Program-made: the position numbers and the translations under genes | Assembly: GCF_055900595.2 (NCBI RefSeq) | Contig: NZ_CM148325.1 | DNA: 64,000 nucleotides | Direction: 5' to 3' (one strand) | In this document: positions 49,403 through 61,566 of the stretch, one piece after another | Layout: each line of letters starts with the position of its first letter | Position numbering within the stretch: the stretch's first letter is position 1 | The notes under the pieces: generated by a model | The model's input: only the letters and a program-made list of their open reading frames with translations | What the model was told of the DNA's origin: nothing | Databases searched by the model: none

Positions 49403-51637
49403 ATGGTTGCGGTAAGAAGTGCACATATCAATAAGGCTGGTGAATTTGATCCGGAAAAATGGATCGCAAGTCTGGGTATTACCAGCCAGAAGTCGTGTGA
49501 GTGCTTAGCCGAAACCTGGGCGTATTGTCTGCAACAGACGCAGGGGCATCCGGATGCCAGTCTGTTATTGTGGCGTGGTGTTGAGATGGTGGAGATCCTC
49601 TCGACATTAAGTATGGACATTGACACGCTGCGGGCGGCGCTGCTGTTCCCTCTGGCGGATGCCAACGTAGTTAGCGAAGATGTGCTGCGTGAGAGCGTCG
49701 GTAAGTCGGTCGTTAACCTTATTCACGGCGTGCGTGATATGGCGGCGATCCGCCAGCTGAAAGCGACGCATACCGATTCTGTTTCCTCCGAACAGGTCGA
49801 TAACGTTCGCCGGATGTTATTGGCGATGGTCGATGATTTCCGCTGCGTGGTCATCAAACTGGCAGAGCGTATTGCTCATCTGCGCGAAGTAAAAGACGCG
49901 CCGGAAGATGAACGCGTACTGGCGGCAAAAGAGTGCACCAATATCTACGCGCCGTTGGCGAACCGTCTTGGGATTGGACAACTGAAATGGGAGCTGGAAG
50001 ATTACTGCTTCCGTTATCTCCACCCGACCGAATACAAACGCATCGCAAAACTGCTGCATGAACGCCGTCTCGACCGCGAACACTATATCGAAGAGTTTGT
50101 CGGTCATCTGCGCGCTGAGATGAAAGCTGAAGGCGTTAAAGCTGAAGTGTATGGTCGTCCGAAACACATCTACAGTATCTGGCGCAAAATGCAGAAAAAG
50201 AACCTCGCCTTCGATGAGCTGTTTGATGTGCGTGCGGTACGTATTGTCGCCGAGCGTTTACAGGATTGTTATGCCGCACTGGGGATAGTGCACACTCACT
50301 ATCGCCACCTGCCGGATGAGTTTGATGATTACGTTGCTAACCCGAAACCAAACGGTTATCAGTCTATTCATACCGTGGTTCTGGGGCCGGGTGGCAAAAC
50401 CGTTGAGATCCAAATCCGCACCAAACAGATGCATGAAGATGCAGAGTTGGGTGTTGCTGCGCACTGGAAATATAAAGAGGGCGCGGCTGCTGGCGGCGCA
50501 CGTTCGGGACATGAAGACCGAATTGCCTGGCTGCGTAAACTGATTGCGTGGCAGGAAGAGATGGCTGATTCCGGCGAAATGCTCGACGAAGTACGCAGCC
50601 AGGTCTTTGACGACCGGGTGTATGTCTTTACGCCGAAAGGTGATGTCGTTGATTTGCCTGCGGGATCAACGCCGCTGGACTTCGCTTACCACATCCACAG
50701 TGATGTCGGACACCGCTGCATCGGGGCAAAAATAGGCGGGCGCATTGTGCCGTTCACCTACCAGTTGCAGATGGGCGACCAGATTGAAATTATCACCCAG
50801 AAACAGCCGAACCCCAGCCGTGACTGGTTAAACCCAAACCTCGGTTACGTCACAACCAGCCGTGGGCGTTCGAAAATTCACGCCTGGTTCCGTAAACAGG
50901 ACCGTGACAAAAACATTCTGGCAGGGCGGCAAATCCTTGACGACGAGCTGGAACATCTGGGGATCAGCCTGAAAGAAGCAGAAAAACATCTGCTGCCGCG
51001 TTACAACTTCAATGATGTCGACGAGTTGTTGGCAGCGATTGGTGGCGGGGATATCCGTCTCAATCAGATGGTGAACTTCCTGCAATCACAATTTAATAAA
51101 CCGAGTGCCGAAGAGCAGGATGCCGCCGCGCTGAAGCAACTTCAGCAAAAAAGCTATACGCCACAAAACCGCAGTAAAGATAACGGTCGGGTGGTGGTTG
51201 AAGGTGTCGGCAACCTGATGCACCACATCGCGCGCTGCTGCCAGCCGATTCCTGGAGATGAGATTGTCGGCTTCATTACCCAGGGGCGCGGTATTTCAGT
51301 ACACCGCGCCGATTGCGAACAACTGGCGGAACTGCGCTCCCATGCGCCAGAACGCATTGTTGACGCGGTATGGGGTGAGAGCTACTCCGCCGGATATTCG
51401 CTGGTGGTCCGCGTGGTGGCTAATGATCGTAGTGGGTTGTTACGTGATATCACGACCATTCTCGCCAACGAGAAAGTGAACGTGCTTGGCGTTGCCAGCC
51501 GTAGCGACACCAAACAGCAACTGGCAACCATCGACATGACTATTGAGATTTACAACCTGCAAGTGCTGGGCCGCGTGCTGGGTAAACTCAACCAGGTGCC
51601 GGATGTTATCGACGCGCGTCGGTTGCACGGGAGTTAG
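49403..51637 (+). CDS. relA: GTP pyrophosphokinase ((p)ppGpp synthetase I)
   Basis: 744 aa, MVAVRSAHINKAGEFDPEKWIASLGI. Confidence 0.95.
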   Translation: MVAVRSAHINKAGEFDPEKWIASLGITSQKSCECLAETWAYCLQQTQGHPDASLLLWRGVEMVEILSTLSMDIDTLRAALLFPLADANVVSEDVLRESVGKSVVNLIHGVRDMAAIRQLKATHTDSVSSEQVDNVRRMLLAMVDDFRCVVIKLAERIAHLREVKDAPEDERVLAAKECTNIYAPLANRLGIGQLKWELEDYCFRYLHPTEYKRIAKLLHERRLDREHYIEEFVGHLRAEMKAEGVKAEVYGRPKHIYSIWRKMQKKNLAFDELFDVRAVRIVAERLQDCYAALGIVHTHYRHLPDEFDDYVANPKPNGYQSIHTVVLGPGGKTVEIQIRTKQMHEDAELGVAAHWKYKEGAAAGGARSGHEDRIAWLRKLIAWQEEMADSGEMLDEVRSQVFDDRVYVFTPKGDVVDLPAGSTPLDFAYHIHSDVGHRCIGAKIGGRIVPFTYQLQMGDQIEIITQKQPNPSRDWLNPNLGYVTTSRGRSKIHAWFRKQDRDKNILAGRQILDDELEHLGISLKEAEKHLLPRYNFNDVDELLAAIGGGDIRLNQMVNFLQSQFNKPSAEEQDAAALKQLQQKSYTPQNRSKDNGRVVVEGVGNLMHHIARCCQPIPGDEIVGFITQGRGISVHRADCEQLAELRSHAPERIVDAVWGESYSAGYSLVVRVVANDRSGLLRDITTILANEKVNVLGVASRSDTKQQLATIDMTIEIYNLQVLGRVLGKLNQVPDVIDARRLHGS

Positions 51638-51651
51638 GCCGAAATTAGCTC

Positions 51652-51700
51652 GTATCTACAATGTAGATTGATATATACTGTATCTACATATGATAGCGGT
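51652..51700 (+). promoter_or_regulatory. mazEF promoter region with alternating palindrome (autoregulatory operator)
   Basis: tatctacaatgtagattgatatatactgtatctacatatgatagc immediately upstream of mazE. Confidence 0.5.
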
Positions 51701-51714
51701 TTGAGGAAAGGGTT

Positions 51715-51963
51715 ATGATCCACAGTAGCGTAAAGCGTTGGGGAAATTCACCGGCGGTGCGGATCCCGGCTACGTTAATGCAGGCGCTCAATCTGAATAT
51801 TGATGATGAAGTGAAGATTGACCTAGTGGATGGCAAATTAATTATTGAGCCAGTGCGTAAAGAGCCCGTATTTACGCTTGCTGAACTGGTCAACGACATC
51901 ACGCCGGAAAACCTCCACGAGAATATCGACTGGGGGGAGCCGAAAGATAAGGAAGTCTGGTAA
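51715..51963 (+). CDS. mazE: Antitoxin MazE
   Basis: [37 protein letters not shown]; 82 aa. Confidence 0.9.
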
Positions 51964-52298
51964 TGGTAAGCCGATACGTACCCGATACGGGCGATCTGAT
52001 TTGGGTTGATTTTGACCCGACAAAAGGTAGCGAGCAAGCCGGACATCGTCCGGCTGTTGTCCTGAGTCCGTTCATGTACAACAACAAAACAGGTATGTGT
52101 CTGTGTGTTCCTTGTACAACGCAATCAAAAGGATATCCGTTCGAAGTTGTTTTATCCGGTCAGGAACGTGATGGTGTAGCGTTAGCTGATCAGGTAAAAA
52201 GTATCGCCTGGCGGGCAAGAGGAGCAACGAAGAAAGGAACGGTTGCCCCAGAGGAATTACAACTCATTAAAGCCAAAATTAACGTACTGATTGGGTAG
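51963..52298 (+). CDS. mazF: Toxin MazF (ACA-specific mRNA interferase)
   Basis: [36 protein letters not shown]; 111 aa; start overlaps mazE stop. Confidence 0.9.
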   Translation: MVSRYVPDTGDLIWVDFDPTKGSEQAGHRPAVVLSPFMYNNKTGMCLCVPCTTQSKGYPFEVVLSGQERDGVALADQVKSIAWRARGATKKGTVAPEELQLIKAKINVLIG

Positions 52299-52368
52299 TG
52301 TTACTAACTCACTTCTATTCTGGTCACAGGTTTCCACCTGACAGACCCGCAATTTTCAGGACAATTCA

Positions 52369-53160
52369 ATGAATCAAATCGACCGTTTGCTCACTATTAT
52401 GCAGCGCCTGCGCGACCCGGAAAACGGCTGCCCGTGGGATAAAGAGCAGACATTTGCCACCATTGCACCTTACACCCTTGAAGAAACCTACGAAGTGCTG
52501 GACGCCATCGCCCGTGAAGATTTTGACGATCTGCGCGGTGAGCTCGGCGATCTATTGTTTCAGGTGGTGTTTTACGCGCAAATGGCTCAGGAAGAAGGGC
52601 GCTTTGATTTTAATGATATCTGCGCCGCGATTAGCGATAAGCTAGAACGTCGCCATCCACATGTTTTTGCAGGCAGTTCTGCCGAAAACAGTAATGAAGT
52701 GCTTGCCCGTTGGGAGCAAATCAAAACCGAAGAGCGCGCGCAGAAAGCGCAGCATTCGGCGCTAGACGATATTCCTCGTAGTTTACCGGCTTTAATGCGT
52801 GCGCAAAAAATCCAGAAACGTTGCGCCAACGTTGGCTTCGATTGGACGACGCTTGGTCCGGTAGTCGATAAAGTCTACGAAGAGATCGACGAGGTGATGT
52901 ACGAGGCGCGGCAGGCTGTTGTCGACCAGGCTAAACTGGAGGAGGAAATGGGTGACCTGCTGTTTGCCACGGTCAACATGGCCCGCCATTTAGGGACAAA
53001 AGCAGAGATTGCACTACAAAAAGCCAATGAAAAATTCGAGCGCCGTTTTCGCGAAGTGGAGCGTATTGTTGCCGCGCGTGGACTGGAAATGACAGGTGTT
53101 GACCTCGAAACAATGGAAGAAGTCTGGCAACAGGTAAAACGGCAGGAAATTGATCTCTAA
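52369..53160 (+). CDS. mazG: Nucleoside triphosphate pyrophosphohydrolase MazG
   Basis: 263 aa; tandem MazG domains. Confidence 0.9.
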   Translation: MNQIDRLLTIMQRLRDPENGCPWDKEQTFATIAPYTLEETYEVLDAIAREDFDDLRGELGDLLFQVVFYAQMAQEEGRFDFNDICAAISDKLERRHPHVFAGSSAENSNEVLARWEQIKTEERAQKAQHSALDDIPRSLPALMRAQKIQKRCANVGFDWTTLGPVVDKVYEEIDEVMYEARQAVVDQAKLEEEMGDLLFATVNMARHLGTKAEIALQKANEKFERRFREVERIVAARGLEMTGVDLETMEEVWQQVKRQEIDL

Positions 53161-53372
53161 GGGAATTACGTGGTCAAGCGCGATTTGTGTCATTTTTTAA
53201 ATGACAAGCGCTTGATTTGCGTCAAAAACATTTACCCCAAAGGGGCTATTTTCTCACTCCTGATTTCAATAGTGCGCTGGCGAAGAGGAGGGATAATGAA
53301 AGTTTGTGGCACAGGTCATGTTCGGGTATACTGCTTTCCCGTCCTGGTTATTCCATCGTCTTTTCAACCTAA

Positions 53373-55025
<1,653 letters not shown>

Positions 55026-55096
55026 GAAAAAAGTTAGAACGGCAACGCGTACCCTGGGTACGCGTTGTTTGTCTGGAGTTTCAGTTTAACTAGTGA

Positions 55097-56410
<1,314 letters not shown>

Positions 56411-56430
56411 GCCTGACTTTATCTGATTTA

Positions 56431-56460
56431 AAAATGCCAGCCTTCGGGCTGGCATTTTTT
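56431..56460. terminator. Bidirectional rho-independent terminator between eno and the ygcG-like gene
   Basis: aaaaatgccagccttcgggctggcatttttt. Confidence 0.6.
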
Positions 56461-56469
56461 ATGGCTGAG

Positions 56470-57363
56470 TTACCAGCGGCCAGACGCGCCGCCACCGCCA
56501 GAAGAACCGCCACCTCCGCTAAATCCGCCGCCACTTGAGCCGCCACCGGAAGAGGATGAAGAAGAACCTTTTCTTGAAGCTCTTTCTTTACCGAGCGTCT
56601 TGTATTTGGCTCGTAGCTTTTTATTAACGATAAGCCAAAAGATAAGCAGCGCTACGATCGCAAAAGGCGTTAACATACCGCAGGCAACGATTAAATTCGT
56701 CCATGGTCCTGGCTCGGCAACATAGAGGAATACCATCCCGTAAATTGCGGCAGTGAGAGTTATCCAGGGTAGATTCGACGGATCGGTAAAAACAATAAAA
56801 TATGAAAGCACTGCCAGCAATATAAGTACAGCAAGCGAAAATGGGATAGGGGGATTGATACTGTAATAATTCCCCCTGCCTTCCGGTAATTCACCATTCA
56901 TCAGAAGTGCGCCGATATTTTCGCTTGCCAGTGTTACCCCCCCCATCAGGTCATCACTTTTGAAAGCAGGGATTAATATATCACGGATAATCTTTGCCGC
57001 TTGCAGGTCGGTAACCACCCCTTCCAGCCCATAGCCGACTTCTATACGAACAGCATGATCTTCCCAGGCAACCAGAAGTAAAATGCCATCGTTTCGCTGC
57101 TTATCTCCCAGTTTCCAGCTATCAAAAACGCGTGTTGCATATTGTTCAATGGTATCGTCTCCGGTGGATGGCACTATTAATACGGCAACCTGTGCCCGTG
57201 TTTTTTGTGTAATATCCTGCAGCTGTTGTGTCAGTGATTGTTGTTCAGACGTGCTTAAGGTACCAGTAATATCGGTCACATGTTGGCGCAGCTCCGGCAC
57301 AGCAATTTGCTGGGCAAGCACAGGAAGGCACCATAAAGTGAGTAGAAAAAGGATTATACGCAT
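56470..57363 (-). CDS. ygcG: TPM-domain membrane protein (YgcG-like) with Gly/Ser-rich C-terminal tail
   Basis: Signal peptide MRIILFLLTLWCLPVLA, TPM domain, two or more transmembrane segments, tail ...GGGGSSGGGGASGRW; ATG chosen at the fifth codon of the ORF track reading, since the track start codon is TTG. Confidence 0.8.
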   Translation of the reverse strand: MRIILFLLTLWCLPVLAQQIAVPELRQHVTDITGTLSTSEQQSLTQQLQDITQKTRAQVAVLIVPSTGDDTIEQYATRVFDSWKLGDKQRNDGILLLVAWEDHAVRIEVGYGLEGVVTDLQAAKIIRDILIPAFKSDDLMGGVTLASENIGALLMNGELPEGRGNYYSINPPIPFSLAVLILLAVLSYFIVFTDPSNLPWITLTAAIYGMVFLYVAEPGPWTNLIVACGMLTPFAIVALLIFWLIVNKKLRAKYKTLGKERASRKGSSSSSSGGGSSGGGFSGGGGSSGGGGASGRW

Positions 57364-57368
57364 AACGA

Positions 57369-58517
57369 TCACCAACGGCCGGATGAACCGCCACCGCCAG
57401 AAGAACCGCCGCCACCGCGGAAAGAGTTTTTCGACGAAGAGCGAGAATGAGCATTACGATTCCCCATTTTCCTGTTGATTTTATGTCCTGATCCCAGTTT
57501 AAGATTGCCAGTAAATTTGGCCACAATGATCAGCAGAACGATGCCAGCAATGGTTATTGGGCCGATAAAATGATCAATTAGCCCAATAATTGTTGAGATG
57601 AACGCAATATCTTTATTACTGGCAAATACCAGGCACCATCCCACAACAATTATCAGCAGCACGACAAACAATGAATTTCGTCCTGATTCACGAACCTGCG
57701 GAGCCTTCTTTTGTTTTTTCACTTTAGCGTTTTTATTTTGGGGGGCCAGCATCATAGGAAATGCGCGGCATATATTAAAAACTACCGCGAGACGCTGCCA
57801 GTAGATTGCTGCGAAAAATAAACTAAAACAAACGACCGATACCCGTCGAATGATGACATCGTTCTGAAAGCAGAAAAACCAGACCATAGGGGTAATCATC
57901 GATATCATCCATATGCCAGGCCCTGGATGGGTGGTAAATCGCCAGAGGACAACGATGGCAACGATCATCAGCAGTGTCCAGGCAAGACATGGCAGAGAGC
58001 GTTGCGGATTAGCAAACAGATGATTGGCTAAAGCATCCAAAGGGCTAAGATTCGCTTTTATATAGGTAAACTGTGCAATGCCTTCAATTCCCTGCGTTAA
58101 CCCGGAGAAGAGATTATTTTTTTTGAATTCCGGTTGCATATGGTAATGAACAATTTGCGCAGCTTGTTCCGGTGGCAGCATCTCTTCCAGTCCATGCCCA
58201 ATCTTCATTGACGCCAGCCCTTCCGGCCAAACGACGAGAATTAAGATACCTTCGCCGTACCGCTTCTCTCCAACAGGTTTCCAGTGATATAACCCGTAGC
58301 TTTGCGAGGCTGCAAGTTTAATGTCTTTACCCCCAGTGGTCGGCGTTACCAACACGGCAACCTGAAAGTGGTTTTGCTGCTCGAGAGTCTGTAATTGTTG
58401 AGTTAAAGCAGTTTGTTCTTCTGTCGTTAATGTCCCGGTTAAGTCAGTTACTGAAGGCAATTGTTCAGCGAATGCCTGGAAACCACATAGCATCAGAAGT
58501 AAGAGAAAAATACGCAT
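57369..58517 (-). CDS. TPM-domain membrane protein paralog (382 aa) with Lys-rich segment and Gly/Ser tail
   Basis: MRIFLLLLMLCGFQAFA signal peptide; divergent TPM domain; KNAKVKKQKK stretch; tail GGGGSSGGGGSSGRW; 5 bp from downstream ygcG start. Confidence 0.7.
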   Translation of the reverse strand: MRIFLLLLMLCGFQAFAEQLPSVTDLTGTLTTEEQTALTQQLQTLEQQNHFQVAVLVTPTTGGKDIKLAASQSYGLYHWKPVGEKRYGEGILILVVWPEGLASMKIGHGLEEMLPPEQAAQIVHYHMQPEFKKNNLFSGLTQGIEGIAQFTYIKANLSPLDALANHLFANPQRSLPCLAWTLLMIVAIVVLWRFTTHPGPGIWMISMITPMVWFFCFQNDVIIRRVSVVCFSLFFAAIYWQRLAVVFNICRAFPMMLAPQNKNAKVKKQKKAPQVRESGRNSLFVVLLIIVVGWCLVFASNKDIAFISTIIGLIDHFIGPITIAGIVLLIIVAKFTGNLKLGSGHKINRKMGNRNAHSRSSSKNSFRGGGGSSGGGGSSGRW

Positions 58518-58531
58518 TTCAATTCCTTTTG

Positions 58532-59464
58532 TTACCAGCGCCCGGAGGCGCCACCGCCGCCAGATGAACCGCCGCCGCCGCTGAAATTATCATTGTCAAA
58601 AGAGGATGAAGAGGAAGATGACGACGATGATGAAGAACGCCTGGAGGCCGAGTTACTTCTTTCGTAATGTGACGGTCGGTTGGCACTGCGCATCGAATCC
58701 CGAACCTTTTTGCCGAAGGGGGTAAAAGCGATGGCGACAGCCAGGAACGGTGTGGCGAAGCAGAGTAATGTTGCGAGTACTCCCCAGCTTCCGCTGAAAC
58801 CTGCTATAGGTAAAACAAAGGCCAGTACAATAGCTGTGAAGCAAATTAGTCCCAGCGTTTTGACATATCCTCTGGCGGAAATAAAGGTCAGTACTATTGC
58901 CCAGACTAACAAAGCCCACCAACCGTTAAAGGGCAAAGGGTGATCGGTCGGTGTTATCGTTGCTAAATTATTCCCCGTCAGACGATTATCAATATCGCTT
59001 ATTCCCTTTTGCAAGCCGCCAGCCAGGTCGCCATTTTTAAATGCCGGAATAATACTGTTGCGAATAATTTTCCCGGACTGCGCATCCGTAATAACGCCTT
59101 CCAGTCCGTAACCGACTTCAATACGCACGGTATGATCCTGCCAGGCGACTAACAGTAGAACGCCATCATCGCGGTCTTTATCACCCGGTTTCCAGCTATC
59201 GAATACCCGCGTAGCGTACTGCTCGATGGTTTCATCGCCCGTTGTTTCAACCACTAACACGACCAGTTGTGCGTGGCTTTTTTGCGTCAGCTCTTTAATC
59301 TGATTGGTCAACGTATTTACTTCATCGTTCGTCAATTTGCCGGTTAAGTCATTCACATACCTGGGTGATTCAGGTACTGGAATTTGTATGGCAAACACAG
59401 ATGAACAAAAGAAAGCCATAAGGAAGATAAAATTTCGCACAGGACTTCCTCGCTTAATGAGCAT
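58532..59464 (-). CDS. TPM-domain membrane protein paralog (310 aa) with poly-Ser and Gly/Ser tail
   Basis: TPM domain closely similar to the ygcG-like gene (…TIEQYATRVFDSWK…VRIEVGYGLEGV…); SSSSSSSSSSSS run; tail GGGGSSGGGGASGRW; overlaps lemA stop by 11 nt. Confidence 0.75.
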   Translation of the reverse strand: MLIKRGSPVRNFIFLMAFFCSSVFAIQIPVPESPRYVNDLTGKLTNDEVNTLTNQIKELTQKSHAQLVVLVVETTGDETIEQYATRVFDSWKPGDKDRDDGVLLLVAWQDHTVRIEVGYGLEGVITDAQSGKIIRNSIIPAFKNGDLAGGLQKGISDIDNRLTGNNLATITPTDHPLPFNGWWALLVWAIVLTFISARGYVKTLGLICFTAIVLAFVLPIAGFSGSWGVLATLLCFATPFLAVAIAFTPFGKKVRDSMRSANRPSHYERSNSASRRSSSSSSSSSSSSFDNDNFSGGGGSSGGGGASGRW

Positions 59465-60056
59465 TAGTATTCTGGCTAAAATCTATTGTCGGGGCTTTAC
59501 TCACAGCGGCGACATCATCCGGCAAATAATTTTTCTTTGGTGTGTAATCCATAACCTTTGCGGTTAACACTGCGGGGAATTTGCGGATAGTGACATTATA
59601 TTGTTCAATAGCTTTAATATATCTTCCTCGCGCAACGGCAATTCGATTTTCACTTCCTTCGAGCTGTACCATCAAATTTTGATAGAGTTCCTGGGCCTTT
59701 AGCTCAGGGTAACGTTCACTAATTATCGTTAACTGACCGAGAGTGCGAGACACCTGCGCCTGAGCTTGTTGCCAGGTTTGTAATTTTTGTTCATCTCCCG
59801 GAGTTTGCTGAAGAGCACTACTGGCGCGATTAGCCTGACTACGTGCCAATGTTACGGCTTCCAGTACCTCTTGTTCATGGCTGGAATAACCTTTAATACT
59901 GGCGACAAGATTAGGAATAAGATCGGCGCGACGTTGATATTGATTTAATACCTCAGACCAGGAAGCGTTAACCTGCTCATCATAGGTTTGAATATCGTTA
60001 TATCCACAGCCTGATAAATTGAAAATAAATATAATTACGATGAATGTTCTGAGCAT
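59454..60056 (-). CDS. lemA: LemA-family lipoprotein
   Basis: MLRTFIVIIFIFNLSGC lipobox; 200 aa; first gene of the lemA/TPM operon. Confidence 0.8.
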   Translation of the reverse strand: MLRTFIVIIFIFNLSGCGYNDIQTYDEQVNASWSEVLNQYQRRADLIPNLVASIKGYSSHEQEVLEAVTLARSQANRASSALQQTPGDEQKLQTWQQAQAQVSRTLGQLTIISERYPELKAQELYQNLMVQLEGSENRIAVARGRYIKAIEQYNVTIRKFPAVLTAKVMDYTPKKNYLPDDVAAVSKAPTIDFSQNTNAH

Positions 60057-60137
60057 GGTTAAATCCCTTTTAATTAATTCCTTAAAACATAATACGCCAC
60101 TTCATTTTATTCTTTATGATCTAATCCACTTTTTGCC

Positions 60138-61466
60138 CTGAGAGATCCCCTCATAATTTCCCCAAAACGTAACCATGTGTGAATAGATTTTGAGTAAGCA
60201 GGGTTGCAGCCACGAGTGAGTCTTCCCTTGTTATTGTGTAGCCAGAATGCCGCAAAACTTCCATGCCTAAGCGAACTGTTGAGAGTACGTTTCGATTTCT
60301 GACTGTGTTAGCCTGGAAGTGCTTGTCCCAACCTTGTTTCTGAGCATGAACGCCCGCAAGCCAACATGTTAGTTGAAGCATCAGGGCGATTAGCAGCATG
60401 ATATCAAAACGCTCTGAGCTGCTCGTTCGGCTATGGCGTAGGCCTAGTCCGTAGGCAGGACTTTTCAAGTCTCGGAAGGTTTCTTCAATCTGCATTCGCT
60501 TCGAATAGATATTAACAAGTTGTTTGGGTGTTCGAATTTCAACAGGTAAGTTAGTTGCTAGAATCCATGGCTCCTTTGCCGACGCTGAGTAGATTTTAGG
60601 TGACGGGTGGTGACAATGAGTCCGTGTCGAGCGCTGATTTTTTCGGCCTTTAGAGCGAGATTTATACAATAGAATTTGGCATGAGATTGGATTGCTTTTA
60701 GTCAGCCTCTTATAGCCTAAAGTCTTTGAGTGACTAGATGACATATCATGTAAGTTGCTGATAGGTTTCCAGTTTTCCGCTCCTAGGTCTGCATATTGTA
60801 CTTTTCCTCTTACTCGACTTAACCAGTACCAACCCAGCTTCTCAACGGATTTATACCATGGCACTTTAAAGCCAGCATCACTGACAATGAGCGGTGTGGT
60901 GTTACTCGGTAGAATGCTCGCAAGGTCGGCTAGAAATTGGTCATGAGCTTTCTTTGAACATTGCTCTGAAAGCGGGAACGCTTTCTCATAAAGAGTAACA
61001 GAACGACCGTGTAGTGCGACTGAAGCTCGCAATACCATAAGCCGTTTTTGCTCACGGATATCAGACCAGTCAACAAGTACAATGGGCATCGTATTGCCCG
61101 AACAGATAAAGCTAGCATGCCAACGGTATACAGCGAGTCGCTCTTTGTGGAGGTGACGATTACCTAACAATCGGTCGATTCGTTTGATGTTATGTTTTGT
61201 TCTCGCTTTGGTTGGCAGGTTACGGCCAAGTTCGGTAAGAGTGAGAGTTTTACAGTCAAGTAAGGCGTGGCAAGCCAACGTTAAGCTGTTGAGTCGTTTT
61301 AAGTGTAATTCGGGGCAGAATTGGTAAAGAGAGTCGTGTAAAATATCGAGTTCGCACATTTTGTTGTCTGATTATTGATTTTTGGCGAAACCATTTGATC
61401 ATATGACAAGATGTGTATCCACCTTAACTTAATGATTTTTACCAAAATCATTAGGGGATTCATCAG
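60138..61466 (-). mobile_element. IS10 (IS4 family), complete 1329 bp copy flanked by 9 bp target site duplication CTTTTTGCC
   Basis: Inside end ctgagagatcccctcataatttccccaaaacg at 60138; outside end (reverse complement ctgatgaatcccctaatgattttggtaaaaatcatt) at 61466; identical 9-mers at 60129-60137 and 61467-61475. Confidence 0.9.
60151..61359 (-). CDS. IS10 transposase
   Basis: 402 aa starting MCELDILHDSLYQFCPELHLKRLNSLTLACHALLDCKTLTLTELGRNLPTKARTKH, full length with no frameshift. Confidence 0.9.
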   Translation of the reverse strand: MCELDILHDSLYQFCPELHLKRLNSLTLACHALLDCKTLTLTELGRNLPTKARTKHNIKRIDRLLGNRHLHKERLAVYRWHASFICSGNTMPIVLVDWSDIREQKRLMVLRASVALHGRSVTLYEKAFPLSEQCSKKAHDQFLADLASILPSNTTPLIVSDAGFKVPWYKSVEKLGWYWLSRVRGKVQYADLGAENWKPISNLHDMSSSHSKTLGYKRLTKSNPISCQILLYKSRSKGRKNQRSTRTHCHHPSPKIYSASAKEPWILATNLPVEIRTPKQLVNIYSKRMQIEETFRDLKSPAYGLGLRHSRTSSSERFDIMLLIALMLQLTCWLAGVHAQKQGWDKHFQANTVRNRNVLSTVRLGMEVLRHSGYTITREDSLVAATLLTQNLFTHGYVLGKL

Positions 61467-61566
61467 CTTTTTGCCTTAAACCTGCCTGTAACAGAATGTT
61501 AATAAGACATGATTGTTGTGGCAGGATCTGCAATAATTAACAATTATCCACTTCACAGAGAATGCT

